Shown: positions 48,854-58,045 of the stretch, in pieces
Position numbering within the stretch: the stretch's first letter is position 1
How the letters are laid out: every line of letters starts with the position of its first letter
Assembly: GCA_964358765.1 (NCBI GenBank)
Contig: CAYHPN010000002.1
Coordinates: 1-60,862 of the forward strand
Length of the DNA: 60,862 nt
From: Candidatus Woesearchaeota archaeon
Lineage (GTDB): Archaea; Nanobdellota; Nanobdellia; Pacearchaeales; GW2011-AR1
Direction of reading: 5' to 3'
Notes under the pieces: generated by a model
Told to the model about the DNA's origin: nothing
The model's input: the letters and a program-made list of their open reading frames with translations, nothing else
Database searches by the model: none
Translations under genes and position numbers: made by a program

Positions 48854-49279
48854 TTAAATTTTTGGAAGATTATTTTTATTTTTAATTAATTTAGTTAATA
48901 CAATATCTCGCGTCATTATCAACTCTTTTAACTCGTCATTTTTCACATTATTTAATAAATCCAGGCCTTCTGAAATCTGTTCATTGGATAAAGAAACAGA
49001 GGTTAAGAATTTTCTTATGCTAGATAGTATCAGAGTAGTAATTATTATCAATATAATGAGAGATAAAAAAGAAACTGTAACAAACAGATTAAAATTCTGA
49101 TTTAAACCCTCTTCTTTTATAACATATGAATTTATCTTTGAATCATAAAATACAATTAAAGAAAATACCCCTAGAAAAAATATTAAAAAAGAAAATAAAG
49201 TGATAACTCTTACCCTTCTCAAAATCTTATTTATTTTAAGATTATTAATTTTCTTATTAGCCTTTTTATTTTTTATCAT
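48854..49279 (-). CDS. Two-TM membrane protein
   Basis: Two long hydrophobic segments with basic termini. Confidence 0.65.
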   Translation of the reverse strand: MIKNKKANKKINNLKINKILRRVRVITLFSFLIFFLGVFSLIVFYDSKINSYVIKEEGLNQNFNLFVTVSFLSLIILIIITTLILSSIRKFLTSVSLSNEQISEGLDLLNNVKNDELKELIMTRDIVLTKLIKNKNNLPKI

Positions 49280-49459
49280 ATGTCCTAGCTTTAGATATTT
49301 TAAATTAAAAATCTCACCCGTTATTTAGGATAATTAATTAATAAAAAAGCACTAGAAAATTGAAAATTTATCCCGAATATATAAAAAATAAATTAGAAAA
49401 ATAAGGCCTTTTTACTTTACTTTAAACAAGTTTATAAATTATAAAAAGTCTATTTATAC

Positions 49460-51412
49460 ATGAGAAATACGAAAGGAGGAAAGATACTTACTTGGAAGTT
49501 TATAATTATATCAATAATGATGTTTATTTTTTCTTTTTATCTAATTTACGCACAATTAATTCCAGGATTACATACAATTCAAGGTTATATTTTTAATAAT
49601 GGAGGAAGTCAAGCACCCGCAGGAACAAAAGTCTGGATAAATGCAACTACAACGGGAAGTTTTACTTCATTATTAACCTCCGGACCGCCTGGAAACACTG
49701 GATTTTATTCTTCTTCAATAAATGCGAGTGATGGAGAAAGTATAATTGTTACTGTATTTAATGCTACTGCATATGGGAGAAATTCAACTTTATTATTAAA
49801 CTCTCCTTTATCTACTAGATTTAATTTGACTATGAATAATACTAGACCTGGAGAAACAGATATTAATATTACTTCTCCATCTAATGGTGCATCCTTTGGA
49901 CAGTATGTAGTTTTTAATGTTAATTTTAGTATTACTGCTATTGGGGGGGAGAATAGTGTAAATTGTAATGTTACAATAAATATTTCTGATGAGAATATAA
50001 TGAATATTACAACTCTAGAAAATAAAACTAAACAATTGGGAAATATTAACTTAGGAAATTCTTTAGGGGGATATTTCAATATTCAGGCAAAAAACCAGGG
50101 ATCTAGTTATATAACTTTGACAAGTGTCTGTTCAAGTGATGGAATTAATTTTGAAAACTTGAAGAGTGAAACAATTGGCGTAAGTGTATCTGCTCAACCG
50201 CCTCAAATGCATACCATACAAGGATATATTCTAAATATAAATAATGTTACTCAAGTTCCGACTGGGACAAATGTTACTATAAATGCTACGACTAGTGGAA
50301 GTTACATGTCAGTCTTGACTTCTGGGCCTCCTGGACAGACTGGATTTTATTCTACTACTATAAACGCAATTGATGGAGAACAATTTATTGTTCATGCACA
50401 GAATGGAACGTATGAAGGGACAAAGACCATAAATGCAGTAAATAGTCCAGGCACTACAAGAGTTAATGTAACACTAGATACTAAGATTATTCCAGATTTA
50501 TTTATTAATTTTAGCGACATTTTGTTTTATGGAAACTTAATAGAGAATGTAAACATAACTGTAAATGCTACTATAAAAAACATTGGAAGGGCAGATGTCG
50601 GTAATTTCACAGTTCAGTTTTTTAAAGAAGATCCAGATTTTGGAGGAACTTTGATACAAGGAAATTTGACAATAAACAATCTTTCAAAAGGACAATCTGC
50701 AACCTTATCCGTAAACTATACAACAACAATAGGAAATAACAATATTTTTGTTCTTGTGGATGTTCCTTTTTCCGTGAATGGAAGTTATTCTGAATCAAAT
50801 GAAACAAACAATAAGGCAAATAATACTTTGAATATTACTGCATGGCAGACTATTTATGGAAATATTTCTATTGACAAATTGATAGGAGATAACTCAACTA
50901 GGAATATAAGTATATGGTATGATGAACAGAGTTTCTCTGGAAATGTCTTTATCAGTGATACTGAAAATACAATAAACTGGAAATCTTTGCTGGCAATTGG
51001 CAATAACCTAAGTGGAACTAATACAACAAATGATTATTCAGATTTAGATGCCTTATTCAATATGACTATTTTTAGAGATTCTGTATCAAATAAATTTACA
51101 ACTGATGGAAATCATCCAAGAGGCTTGACAAGCATCCTTGCATATCAGAGGAATATAACTAATATCTCGGTTATAAATTCTACAAATACCTCTAACTTTT
51201 TAACCGGCATATTATGGGATAGCTCTGATGATGCAGCAGATGGAGAATTCAGTCAGGATGATAAGGAAGACGTAGTATTTTTTACAAATGTAAACAAAGG
51301 TATGCAGGGAGCGTATGGAACTTATGATTATGAGATAAGCATCCCAGTAAGATTAAGGGAATATAGAAATAATGATGTACAAAATGTTTTTATTTATTTT
51401 GATATCAATTAA
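49460..51412 (+). CDS. Secreted protein with a GPPG-repeat head, CARDB and module-A-like tail
   Basis: The first ~340 aa are paralogous to 18433..20301. The last ~300 aa are paralogous to the G2 C-terminus (ESNETNN, AWQTIYGN, YDYEISIPVRLREY). Confidence 0.9.
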   Translation: MRNTKGGKILTWKFIIISIMMFIFSFYLIYAQLIPGLHTIQGYIFNNGGSQAPAGTKVWINATTTGSFTSLLTSGPPGNTGFYSSSINASDGESIIVTVFNATAYGRNSTLLLNSPLSTRFNLTMNNTRPGETDINITSPSNGASFGQYVVFNVNFSITAIGGENSVNCNVTINISDENIMNITTLENKTKQLGNINLGNSLGGYFNIQAKNQGSSYITLTSVCSSDGINFENLKSETIGVSVSAQPPQMHTIQGYILNINNVTQVPTGTNVTINATTSGSYMSVLTSGPPGQTGFYSTTINAIDGEQFIVHAQNGTYEGTKTINAVNSPGTTRVNVTLDTKIIPDLFINFSDILFYGNLIENVNITVNATIKNIGRADVGNFTVQFFKEDPDFGGTLIQGNLTINNLSKGQSATLSVNYTTTIGNNNIFVLVDVPFSVNGSYSESNETNNKANNTLNITAWQTIYGNISIDKLIGDNSTRNISIWYDEQSFSGNVFISDTENTINWKSLLAIGNNLSGTNTTNDYSDLDALFNMTIFRDSVSNKFTTDGNHPRGLTSILAYQRNITNISVINSTNTSNFLTGILWDSSDDAADGEFSQDDKEDVVFFTNVNKGMQGAYGTYDYEISIPVRLREYRNNDVQNVFIYFDIN

Positions 51413-51425
51413 AAATATTGTCTAT

Positions 51426-52043
51426 TTAATTATTTTCTTTTATATCCTCTTTCTTTTCATCTTTTGGTTTTTTATCTTTTTTCTTGAATATTTTTCCTAA
51501 AAATGCAAGAACTTTTCCTGGGATTCCAACTGATTTCTCCATCATTTTTTTTGATGATTCCTTTAACCATTCTGTTAATTTTTCAAAGAGAATCTTAATC
51601 TTATCAATAATTGATGAATATAAACTTGAAATCTTCATTTTAATTTTTTTTAATCTCAATTTAAAACGTATAAAGAGAAATGAAATATAATCTGGGGTAA
51701 ATTTTCTGATGAAATTCTTATATTGGATTTTAAATTTAAAAATAAATAACTGTCTATTTAACCTCTTTTTTTCTTTAGAGGTTAAATCTGTAGATTTATC
51801 ATCTACTTTGTAGGCTAAATTATCTTCCGCAGGCGATTTTTTGGTTATTTTTCTTGAATTTTTTTGGTTTTTTAAATAATCTTGGATTGATGAATAATAT
51901 TTGTCTCTTGATTTTTGGAGTTTATTTTTAAAATTATTTTCTAGCTGAGAGATGTTTTTCTTTTTTGCGATTCCATCTGTAAATTCTTTTTCTGCAGTTT
52001 CTACATCTTTCTTATATAAAAAATCTATTTCTTCTAGATCCAT
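51426..52043 (-). CDS. Lys-rich helical hypothetical protein
   Basis: 205-aa ORF with ATG start and amphipathic helices; no family recognised. Confidence 0.65.
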   Translation of the reverse strand: MDLEEIDFLYKKDVETAEKEFTDGIAKKKNISQLENNFKNKLQKSRDKYYSSIQDYLKNQKNSRKITKKSPAEDNLAYKVDDKSTDLTSKEKKRLNRQLFIFKFKIQYKNFIRKFTPDYISFLFIRFKLRLKKIKMKISSLYSSIIDKIKILFEKLTEWLKESSKKMMEKSVGIPGKVLAFLGKIFKKKDKKPKDEKKEDIKENN

Positions 52044-52130
52044 GATGTTTTATGATTAAAATTACTTATAAAGTTAATCTCAGTTAATGTTTTACATTTT
52101 TATGTAATGATAATTATTCTCAATACTATT

Positions 52131-52568
52131 TTATTTACATGCACAATCACAAGAATTACAATCTCCTACGTTTTCTTTAAATGTTGAATTATAGTACTTT
52201 AATTTATATGTATTGCATCGAGTAATGCAGGATAACTGGCAGGAACCTTCATCTTTAATATTATGTATTAATTGTCCTACAACTAATGAGCATTCGTCTT
52301 TAATAATGAAATTTTGAACTTTTTTTGATAAAAAGAGGGCTGGATTTTGGATAATATTTAATTGTATTAATAATAAAGGCACAATTAATATTAATAAAAC
52401 GAACAGACAGAAGATTATAGAGAGTAAAAATTTTTTAGAAACTTTTGATCTTTGAACAGATTTTGAAATTACGGGAAGAGGATTATCTTTAACTTTTTTA
52501 TTTTCAATAGATAGAGAGATATTTAACTTTTCCTGTGTACTTTTAGAATATTTTTTCTTTTTTATCAT
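52131..52568 (-). CDS. Single-TM protein with a C-terminal 8-Cys domain
   Basis: Basic N-terminus, TM, then C-x16-CxxxCxxxC-x18-CxxCxCxC. Confidence 0.75.
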   Translation of the reverse strand: MIKKKKYSKSTQEKLNISLSIENKKVKDNPLPVISKSVQRSKVSKKFLLSIIFCLFVLLILIVPLLLIQLNIIQNPALFLSKKVQNFIIKDECSLVVGQLIHNIKDEGSCQLSCITRCNTYKLKYYNSTFKENVGDCNSCDCACK

Positions 52569-52617
52569 TAAATATAGGTATTATTTAAGATTATAAAGAT
52601 TTAGATTTACAAACCTG

Positions 52618-53262
52618 TTATTTTTTATTCTTAGTTTTAGAACCGGATAAACTTTCTTTGCTTAGTGAATTCTTGTACAAAGAAATAAATTCGGAAAGAG
52701 AATCCTTAAGCTCTTTTTCTTCTTTGCGAATATCTTCTTCTTTTGCTATTAAGTTAAAATAAATTTGCTGCCATTCCTTTTCTAGATTATGTAGTTTACC
52801 TGTTTGATCCAATAATTTATTTTTTAATTCTCCACTAACGTTTTTTAATAATAATTCTGGCTGCTGCTTTTGCCAATATTCTCTCATTTGAAAAACCATA
52901 TCTCCAGGAGCGAATTTATTTTTATACCATGAATCTAATTTTGAAGCATCCTGCTTCTCTTCCGTTACGCTTTTAATCAGCTCTTTAAAATAGCCCTGTT
53001 CTTCATAAAAAGGCTGATTTATTGAATTTTGTGCAGCATTCTGAGAAGAAGAAGCAGAAGTACTAGAAGTAGAATTTGAATTTTGTGCTGATTGTGAGGA
53101 AGGACTAGCTTGATTTTGTGAATTTAGATTAAGGTCTTGTTTTATTTTTGTTTGATCAGAAGAAATATTAAGGCTAGCGGATGCTATATTCTTATTTATT
53201 TCTTCTATGGCTAAACTTGGAAGTTCAGCTGGAACCTCTTTTTTTTTGAATAAAAACCCCAT
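52618..53262 (-). CDS. Cytoplasmic coiled-coil protein with MGFLFKKK start and S/Q/N-rich linker
   Basis: Low-complexity linker and C-terminal heptads. Confidence 0.7.
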   Translation of the reverse strand: MGFLFKKKEVPAELPSLAIEEINKNIASASLNISSDQTKIKQDLNLNSQNQASPSSQSAQNSNSTSSTSASSSQNAAQNSINQPFYEEQGYFKELIKSVTEEKQDASKLDSWYKNKFAPGDMVFQMREYWQKQQPELLLKNVSGELKNKLLDQTGKLHNLEKEWQQIYFNLIAKEEDIRKEEKELKDSLSEFISLYKNSLSKESLSGSKTKNKK

Positions 53263-53383
53263 TTTTCAGCTATGTTTATAATTCCTTATTTATAAAGTTT
53301 TTTGTTAGTGGAAAAAGTAAAAAATATATTAAAAAGGTTTATAAATTTTAGATTATGTCGAATTAGATGTTTGAAGAGATAAA

Positions 53384-53614
53384 ATGAACAATAAGAAAAA
53401 ATATTTTTATTTACCATTTGCATCTTTATTAGTTTATACCTTTGGGGCTTTTTTTTTATTTAATTTTAACTCGGGAGGTGTGTCTCTTTCTCCTGGTGGA
53501 GGTACACTAGGAAACGGAGTTTCTATCTCGATAGTCTCAGGTATTTTATTTTTAGTTTTATTAATGCTGTTTTTTTCTGTAAAAAAGAAAAATGGAGAAA
53601 AAAATGAACGATAA
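53384..53614 (+). CDS. Small two-TM membrane protein
   Basis: Two hydrophobic segments linked by GGVSLSPGGG; TATA-like GGTTTATAAA upstream. Confidence 0.6.
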   Translation: MNNKKKYFYLPFASLLVYTFGAFFLFNFNSGGVSLSPGGGTLGNGVSISIVSGILFLVLLMLFFSVKKKNGEKNER

Positions 53615-53963
53615 AATTTTGGAAAAGAACCGAAAAATAGGTAGTTTTGATATGGCAGAACAAGCAAGTAGAATTGTTGAAGATACTCTGGTAAAAGAAG
53701 AGCAATCAGATAAGGATATGAATAAATTTATTTATATTTTCGGAATTATAGCTCCCTGTCTTGCTCTTTTTCAAGCCTATAAGATATTTTACTTGCAAAG
53801 TGCAGCAGCTGTGTCGGGCGTTTATTGGCTAGGATATTTAGCTGTCGCGGCAGTTTGGTTTGGATATGGAATATATTATAAAAATAAAGCAATAATGTTC
53901 GTATATGGTTTTTGGATTTTTGTTGAACTAGTTGTTTTGAATGGGATTTATATTTATAAGTAA
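53592..53963 (+). CDS. SemiSWEET/PQ-loop-like 3-TM protein (PQ replaced by FQ)
   Basis: GIIAPCLALFQAYKIF..QSAAAVS..W..VWFGYGIYYKNKAI. Confidence 0.75.
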   Translation: MEKKMNDKILEKNRKIGSFDMAEQASRIVEDTLVKEEQSDKDMNKFIYIFGIIAPCLALFQAYKIFYLQSAAAVSGVYWLGYLAVAAVWFGYGIYYKNKAIMFVYGFWIFVELVVLNGIYIYK

Positions 53964-54114
53964 ATTTTAGATTATAAAGATTTGGACATTATTTAGTTTG
54001 AATATTTTCAAGTACATATTTTTCTTTTATTATGGTAAGTGCGAACGTACGTACTAATATTGATATATAATGTTAGTTAGTAATGTTTAAATAATTAAAT
54101 ATTTTCATAAAGAT

Positions 54115-54339
54115 ATGAAGTTTAGAGAAAAGAGAGGAAAAGAGATAGATAAAAAAATTATTGATATTTTAAATAAAGAAGAAAGGCCTATTTCTACAAG
54201 AGAAATTTCTATACGTGCAGGATATTCCTGGCATACAATAATAAATCATTGTCTAAAACTACAGCTTAAAGATAAATTAATTGGGTATAAAATTAGCGAA
54301 ATAAATGTATGGTTATTGAATAAAAAAGGAGAGAAATAA
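54115..54339 (+). CDS. Small winged-HTH regulator
   Basis: KIIDILNKEERPISTREISIRAGYSWHTIINHCLKL. It ends 1 nt before ATPase 2. Confidence 0.8.
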   Translation: MKFREKRGKEIDKKIIDILNKEERPISTREISIRAGYSWHTIINHCLKLQLKDKLIGYKISEINVWLLNKKGEK

Positions 54340-54340
54340 A

Positions 54341-57300
54341 ATGAAATATAATAATGAAAAGCTTATTGTTAGAATAAGAAGAGAAGAACTTTATAAAGAG
54401 AGAAGAGAAAATAAAATATATAATCTTTTAATTGGTTTCTTTATAATTACTTTGCTCATAGTAATATCTTTAACTATTTTTAATTGGTCTAAAATTACAG
54501 GATATGTTAATTCCATCTCAAGCCAGGCAGGATATATTACAAGCGTTACTATATACTCTAAGACAAATACAACCATATGGGGAGGACTTTATGGACTAGC
54601 ATTACGAGTACCTGGATTTACACAACAGTTATTTGAGGATCTAAATTCAGGAACAGTAGAAAGAACTGACGTATTTTTTGATTGCCTAAAAACTGATGCA
54701 CAGGGAGGCCCTGAAATCTATGTTTCTACCAATCCTTCTTTAGTCATCTCAGCCGGGACTGTGGCTGCAGGAAGTGTAAGTACGGTAGATTCTTATATTG
54801 GTTGCAGTGGAGAAATTTATTGTGCAAACAACACATATACAAACAATATGACCATTTATGTAGGTTCCACACAAATAACTGGCATTCCTTCTACACATAC
54901 TTATAAGTTTAATGCATCAAATAATATTTTTGACATAGGAGTTTTAAATATTTCTGGAAGTTTAGCATTTGTTTCGCATGTAAATGCTTCTATACAAAAA
55001 GGATTTAATCCAAACGCATTAGTAAATTATCAAATGCTTTTACCCACGCCTGCAAATACTACTGTTAATTATTATTTTTATTCAGACCCAAATGATGTTT
55101 GCCCATCAGGAGGAATTGGAAGCACAATTGATTCTACAGTTTCCGGATATACAAAAGACTCGAATGGAAATATCTTGGGGGATGTTAGTGTCACTTTCGT
55201 AGGCAATACTACGACATCCAACAGCACTACTGGTTTTTATAATATAAGCTACTCGGTTTTAGAAGGAACTTTTAATTTAATTGGCCAAAAAAGCGGATAT
55301 GATACTAATATCTCAAATGTTATTATAAACTCCAGCGATTATATAGTCTATAAAAATATTAGCCTGAAATCTTCAATAGTCGCAACTGAGAATAATAGTG
55401 CAATTATTATAGTTAGAGGAATAGTTAAAGATACTGGAGGAACAACAATTTCTGGAGCTAATATCTCTGCAGGAGATTCTTCTACTTTAACAAACAGCTC
55501 TGGACAATATTATTTTTCACCATTGTTAGTCAGAGGAACTCAACCAATAATATCTGTTAAAGCAGATTATGATAATTACGTCGGATTTCTCACTGTTAAT
55601 TCAACAACATCAATAATAGATTATAACATTACTATGGAACCTGCAAATCTAAATCAATATTTGAATCCTCCTACCGAAGCTGCAGGAGTTGATGCAGCTG
55701 GAACAAAAACAGAAGATGAAACTTCTCAGGCTAGGACAGAAGCAGAAAAAGCAGGACAAGATTTCTGGATCAGCGCTGCAGAGATAAATAAACAAATAAG
55801 AGAAAATACATTTGTAGAAGAGAAAATAAGTATTTACAATTTTAAAAGTGGAGGAATGAATATTGTATTTTCAATTATTGGAGAGCAAATTGAAGACATT
55901 ATTAAAATTGATAAAAGCGCTTTATCCATTGGATCAAATACATTTGACAGCGTGATACTCACCATATATGGAACTAAGCAAATTGGAACTTATAAAGGCA
56001 AATTAAAAATAACCGGAGATTTGGATGTTGAAGTACCAGTAAATATTGAAATTGTCCCTAAAAGACTCCCAGTAGAAACTTTAGTTATGGAAATTGAACT
56101 ATTTGAGGATAGCGTTAATATTGGAGATGATTTGAAATACAGATTAAATTTGCAAAATTTGTTAACTGACCAAGGATATAAAGTAAAGCTCAAACATTTA
56201 ATTTATGAATATGGTGATTCAAATAAATCCCAGATAATTGCTGAAGAAAACGAAGAAGTTGAAATAAAGAACTCTTTGAGTTTGATTAAAGAATTTGATA
56301 TTAAAAATGTCAGCGATGGCAAGTATTTAGTTAGTATTGAAGCAGAATATTTAGGACTATATTCTAATGTAGCCTCTCCATTTGAAATTACAAGACCAAT
56401 TTATCTTTATTCTTTTTTTGGAATACCTTTGTGGATTATTTTTATTATTATTTCTGCATTCTCATTTATTTTATTGAATTTATTTATTTATAAAAGACAA
56501 GCAGAAAAGAAAAAAAGATACCATCTTGCGCTTAGGCTGGATACTTTGCCTAAACCGGGCGAGAGATCTATAAAACTTGGAAAAATTGCAGAGAAAAATA
56601 TCGATGCCTTTTATAATATGGATGACTTAACAACTCACGCAATAGTTGCAGGAGCTACAGGAGGAGGAAAAAGTATTGCGGCACAAGTGTTTGTAGAAGA
56701 AATGCTCTTAAAGGGAATAGCCGTAATAGTGTTTGATCCAACCGCACAGTGGTCTGGAATGCTTAGAAAATGTGATGATAAAAGAATGATGTCCTTTTAT
56801 CCAAAATTTGGATTAAAACCGTCTGATGCAAAAGCATTCCCTGGAAATGTAAGGCAAATTACTAATTATTTAGAATCTTTAGATATAAATAAATATGTTA
56901 ATCCTGGCCAGATCCAAGTATTTACTATGAATAAAATGGAACCTAAACAGATAGATATATTTGTTGCTGGAGTTATATCAAATATTTTTAAATCTGATCC
57001 TAAAGAATTTCCTGGTTTAAGAGTTATATTAGTATTTGATGAAGTTCATAGATTGCTGCCAAAGTTTGGAGGAAGCGGTAAAGGATTTTTGCAAATAGAA
57101 AGGGCGTGTAGAGAATTTAGAAAGTGGGGATTAGGAGTAATGCTAGTATCTCAGGTTTTGTCTGACTTTGTTGGAGAAATTAAAGCAAACATAAACACTG
57201 AATGCCTAATGAGGGCTGCGGAAGAAAAAGACCTGGAAAGAATTAAAGAGAGATATGGACTTGATGCGTTGAAATCATTAGTAAGAGCAGATGTTGGAAC

Positions 57301-58045
57301 AGCTATGCTTCAGAATGCGGAATACAATAAAGGACTTCCATATTTTGTAAACTTAAGGCCCATATTGCATAACACTAGAAGGTTAAGTGATGAAGTTTTG
57401 GATAAATACAACCAGTATAATGATACGATTGATGATTTAGATTATCAAATACAACAATTAGAACAAGAAAAAATAGATATTTTTGACTTGAAAATGGAAC
57501 TAAAACTTGTAAAAGATAAATTGATGACTGGCAATTTCACCGTAGTTGACATATATCTAGAAGGATTAAAACCAAGAGTGGAGAAAAACTGGCAGACAAT
57601 TGGAAAACAACCAAAAAAAAGAGAATTAAAATTAATTGATGTTGCTGAACTCGAAAGCGCATTAGCAAAAGCTAATGCTGAAAAACTAAAATGGCAAGCA
57701 CAGAATGCAAAGACAGAAGAAGCAAAACAAGAAAAAGCCATTGACAAAGGAGCTATAATCGTTAAGCCGATTACTTTTGATAATGGATTGATGGTTTCTT
57801 CATTAAATGAATTGAAAGATGTTATGCCTACATTTGATGATTCTGTATTTAAAATTCATGTAAATGATAACAAGAATGATATTGCAGATTGGATTGGAAA
57901 AGAAATTGATGCAGATCTAGGGAAGAAAGTTAAAGATGTTAAGACTAAACAGGAGATTATGGCAATTATTCAAAACTTTGGAAAAGAAGTTAAAGCTGAA
58001 GAGGTAAAGAAAGATGAGGTGAAAAAGGAGGAGGTGAAGAAATGA
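54341..58045 (+). CDS. Membrane-spanning HerA/FtsK-family ATPase 2: module-A domain, two carboxypeptidase-regulatory-like domains, two Ig domains, TM, ATPase, DUF5752-like domain
   Basis: GATGGGKS, LVFDEVH, REFRKWGLGVMLVSQ. The ATPase core is highly similar to 3107..5302; the C-terminus has FDNG..SLNEL..FKIHVNDNKNDIADW. Confidence 0.9.
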   Translation: MKYNNEKLIVRIRREELYKERRENKIYNLLIGFFIITLLIVISLTIFNWSKITGYVNSISSQAGYITSVTIYSKTNTTIWGGLYGLALRVPGFTQQLFEDLNSGTVERTDVFFDCLKTDAQGGPEIYVSTNPSLVISAGTVAAGSVSTVDSYIGCSGEIYCANNTYTNNMTIYVGSTQITGIPSTHTYKFNASNNIFDIGVLNISGSLAFVSHVNASIQKGFNPNALVNYQMLLPTPANTTVNYYFYSDPNDVCPSGGIGSTIDSTVSGYTKDSNGNILGDVSVTFVGNTTTSNSTTGFYNISYSVLEGTFNLIGQKSGYDTNISNVIINSSDYIVYKNISLKSSIVATENNSAIIIVRGIVKDTGGTTISGANISAGDSSTLTNSSGQYYFSPLLVRGTQPIISVKADYDNYVGFLTVNSTTSIIDYNITMEPANLNQYLNPPTEAAGVDAAGTKTEDETSQARTEAEKAGQDFWISAAEINKQIRENTFVEEKISIYNFKSGGMNIVFSIIGEQIEDIIKIDKSALSIGSNTFDSVILTIYGTKQIGTYKGKLKITGDLDVEVPVNIEIVPKRLPVETLVMEIELFEDSVNIGDDLKYRLNLQNLLTDQGYKVKLKHLIYEYGDSNKSQIIAEENEEVEIKNSLSLIKEFDIKNVSDGKYLVSIEAEYLGLYSNVASPFEITRPIYLYSFFGIPLWIIFIIISAFSFILLNLFIYKRQAEKKKRYHLALRLDTLPKPGERSIKLGKIAEKNIDAFYNMDDLTTHAIVAGATGGGKSIAAQVFVEEMLLKGIAVIVFDPTAQWSGMLRKCDDKRMMSFYPKFGLKPSDAKAFPGNVRQITNYLESLDINKYVNPGQIQVFTMNKMEPKQIDIFVAGVISNIFKSDPKEFPGLRVILVFDEVHRLLPKFGGSGKGFLQIERACREFRKWGLGVMLVSQVLSDFVGEIKANINTECLMRAAEEKDLERIKERYGLDALKSLVRADVGTAMLQNAEYNKGLPYFVNLRPILHNTRRLSDEVLDKYNQYNDTIDDLDYQIQQLEQEKIDIFDLKMELKLVKDKLMTGNFTVVDIYLEGLKPRVEKNWQTIGKQPKKRELKLIDVAELESALAKANAEKLKWQAQNAKTEEAKQEKAIDKGAIIVKPITFDNGLMVSSLNELKDVMPTFDDSVFKIHVNDNKNDIADWIGKEIDADLGKKVKDVKTKQEIMAIIQNFGKEVKAEEVKKDEVKKEEVKK

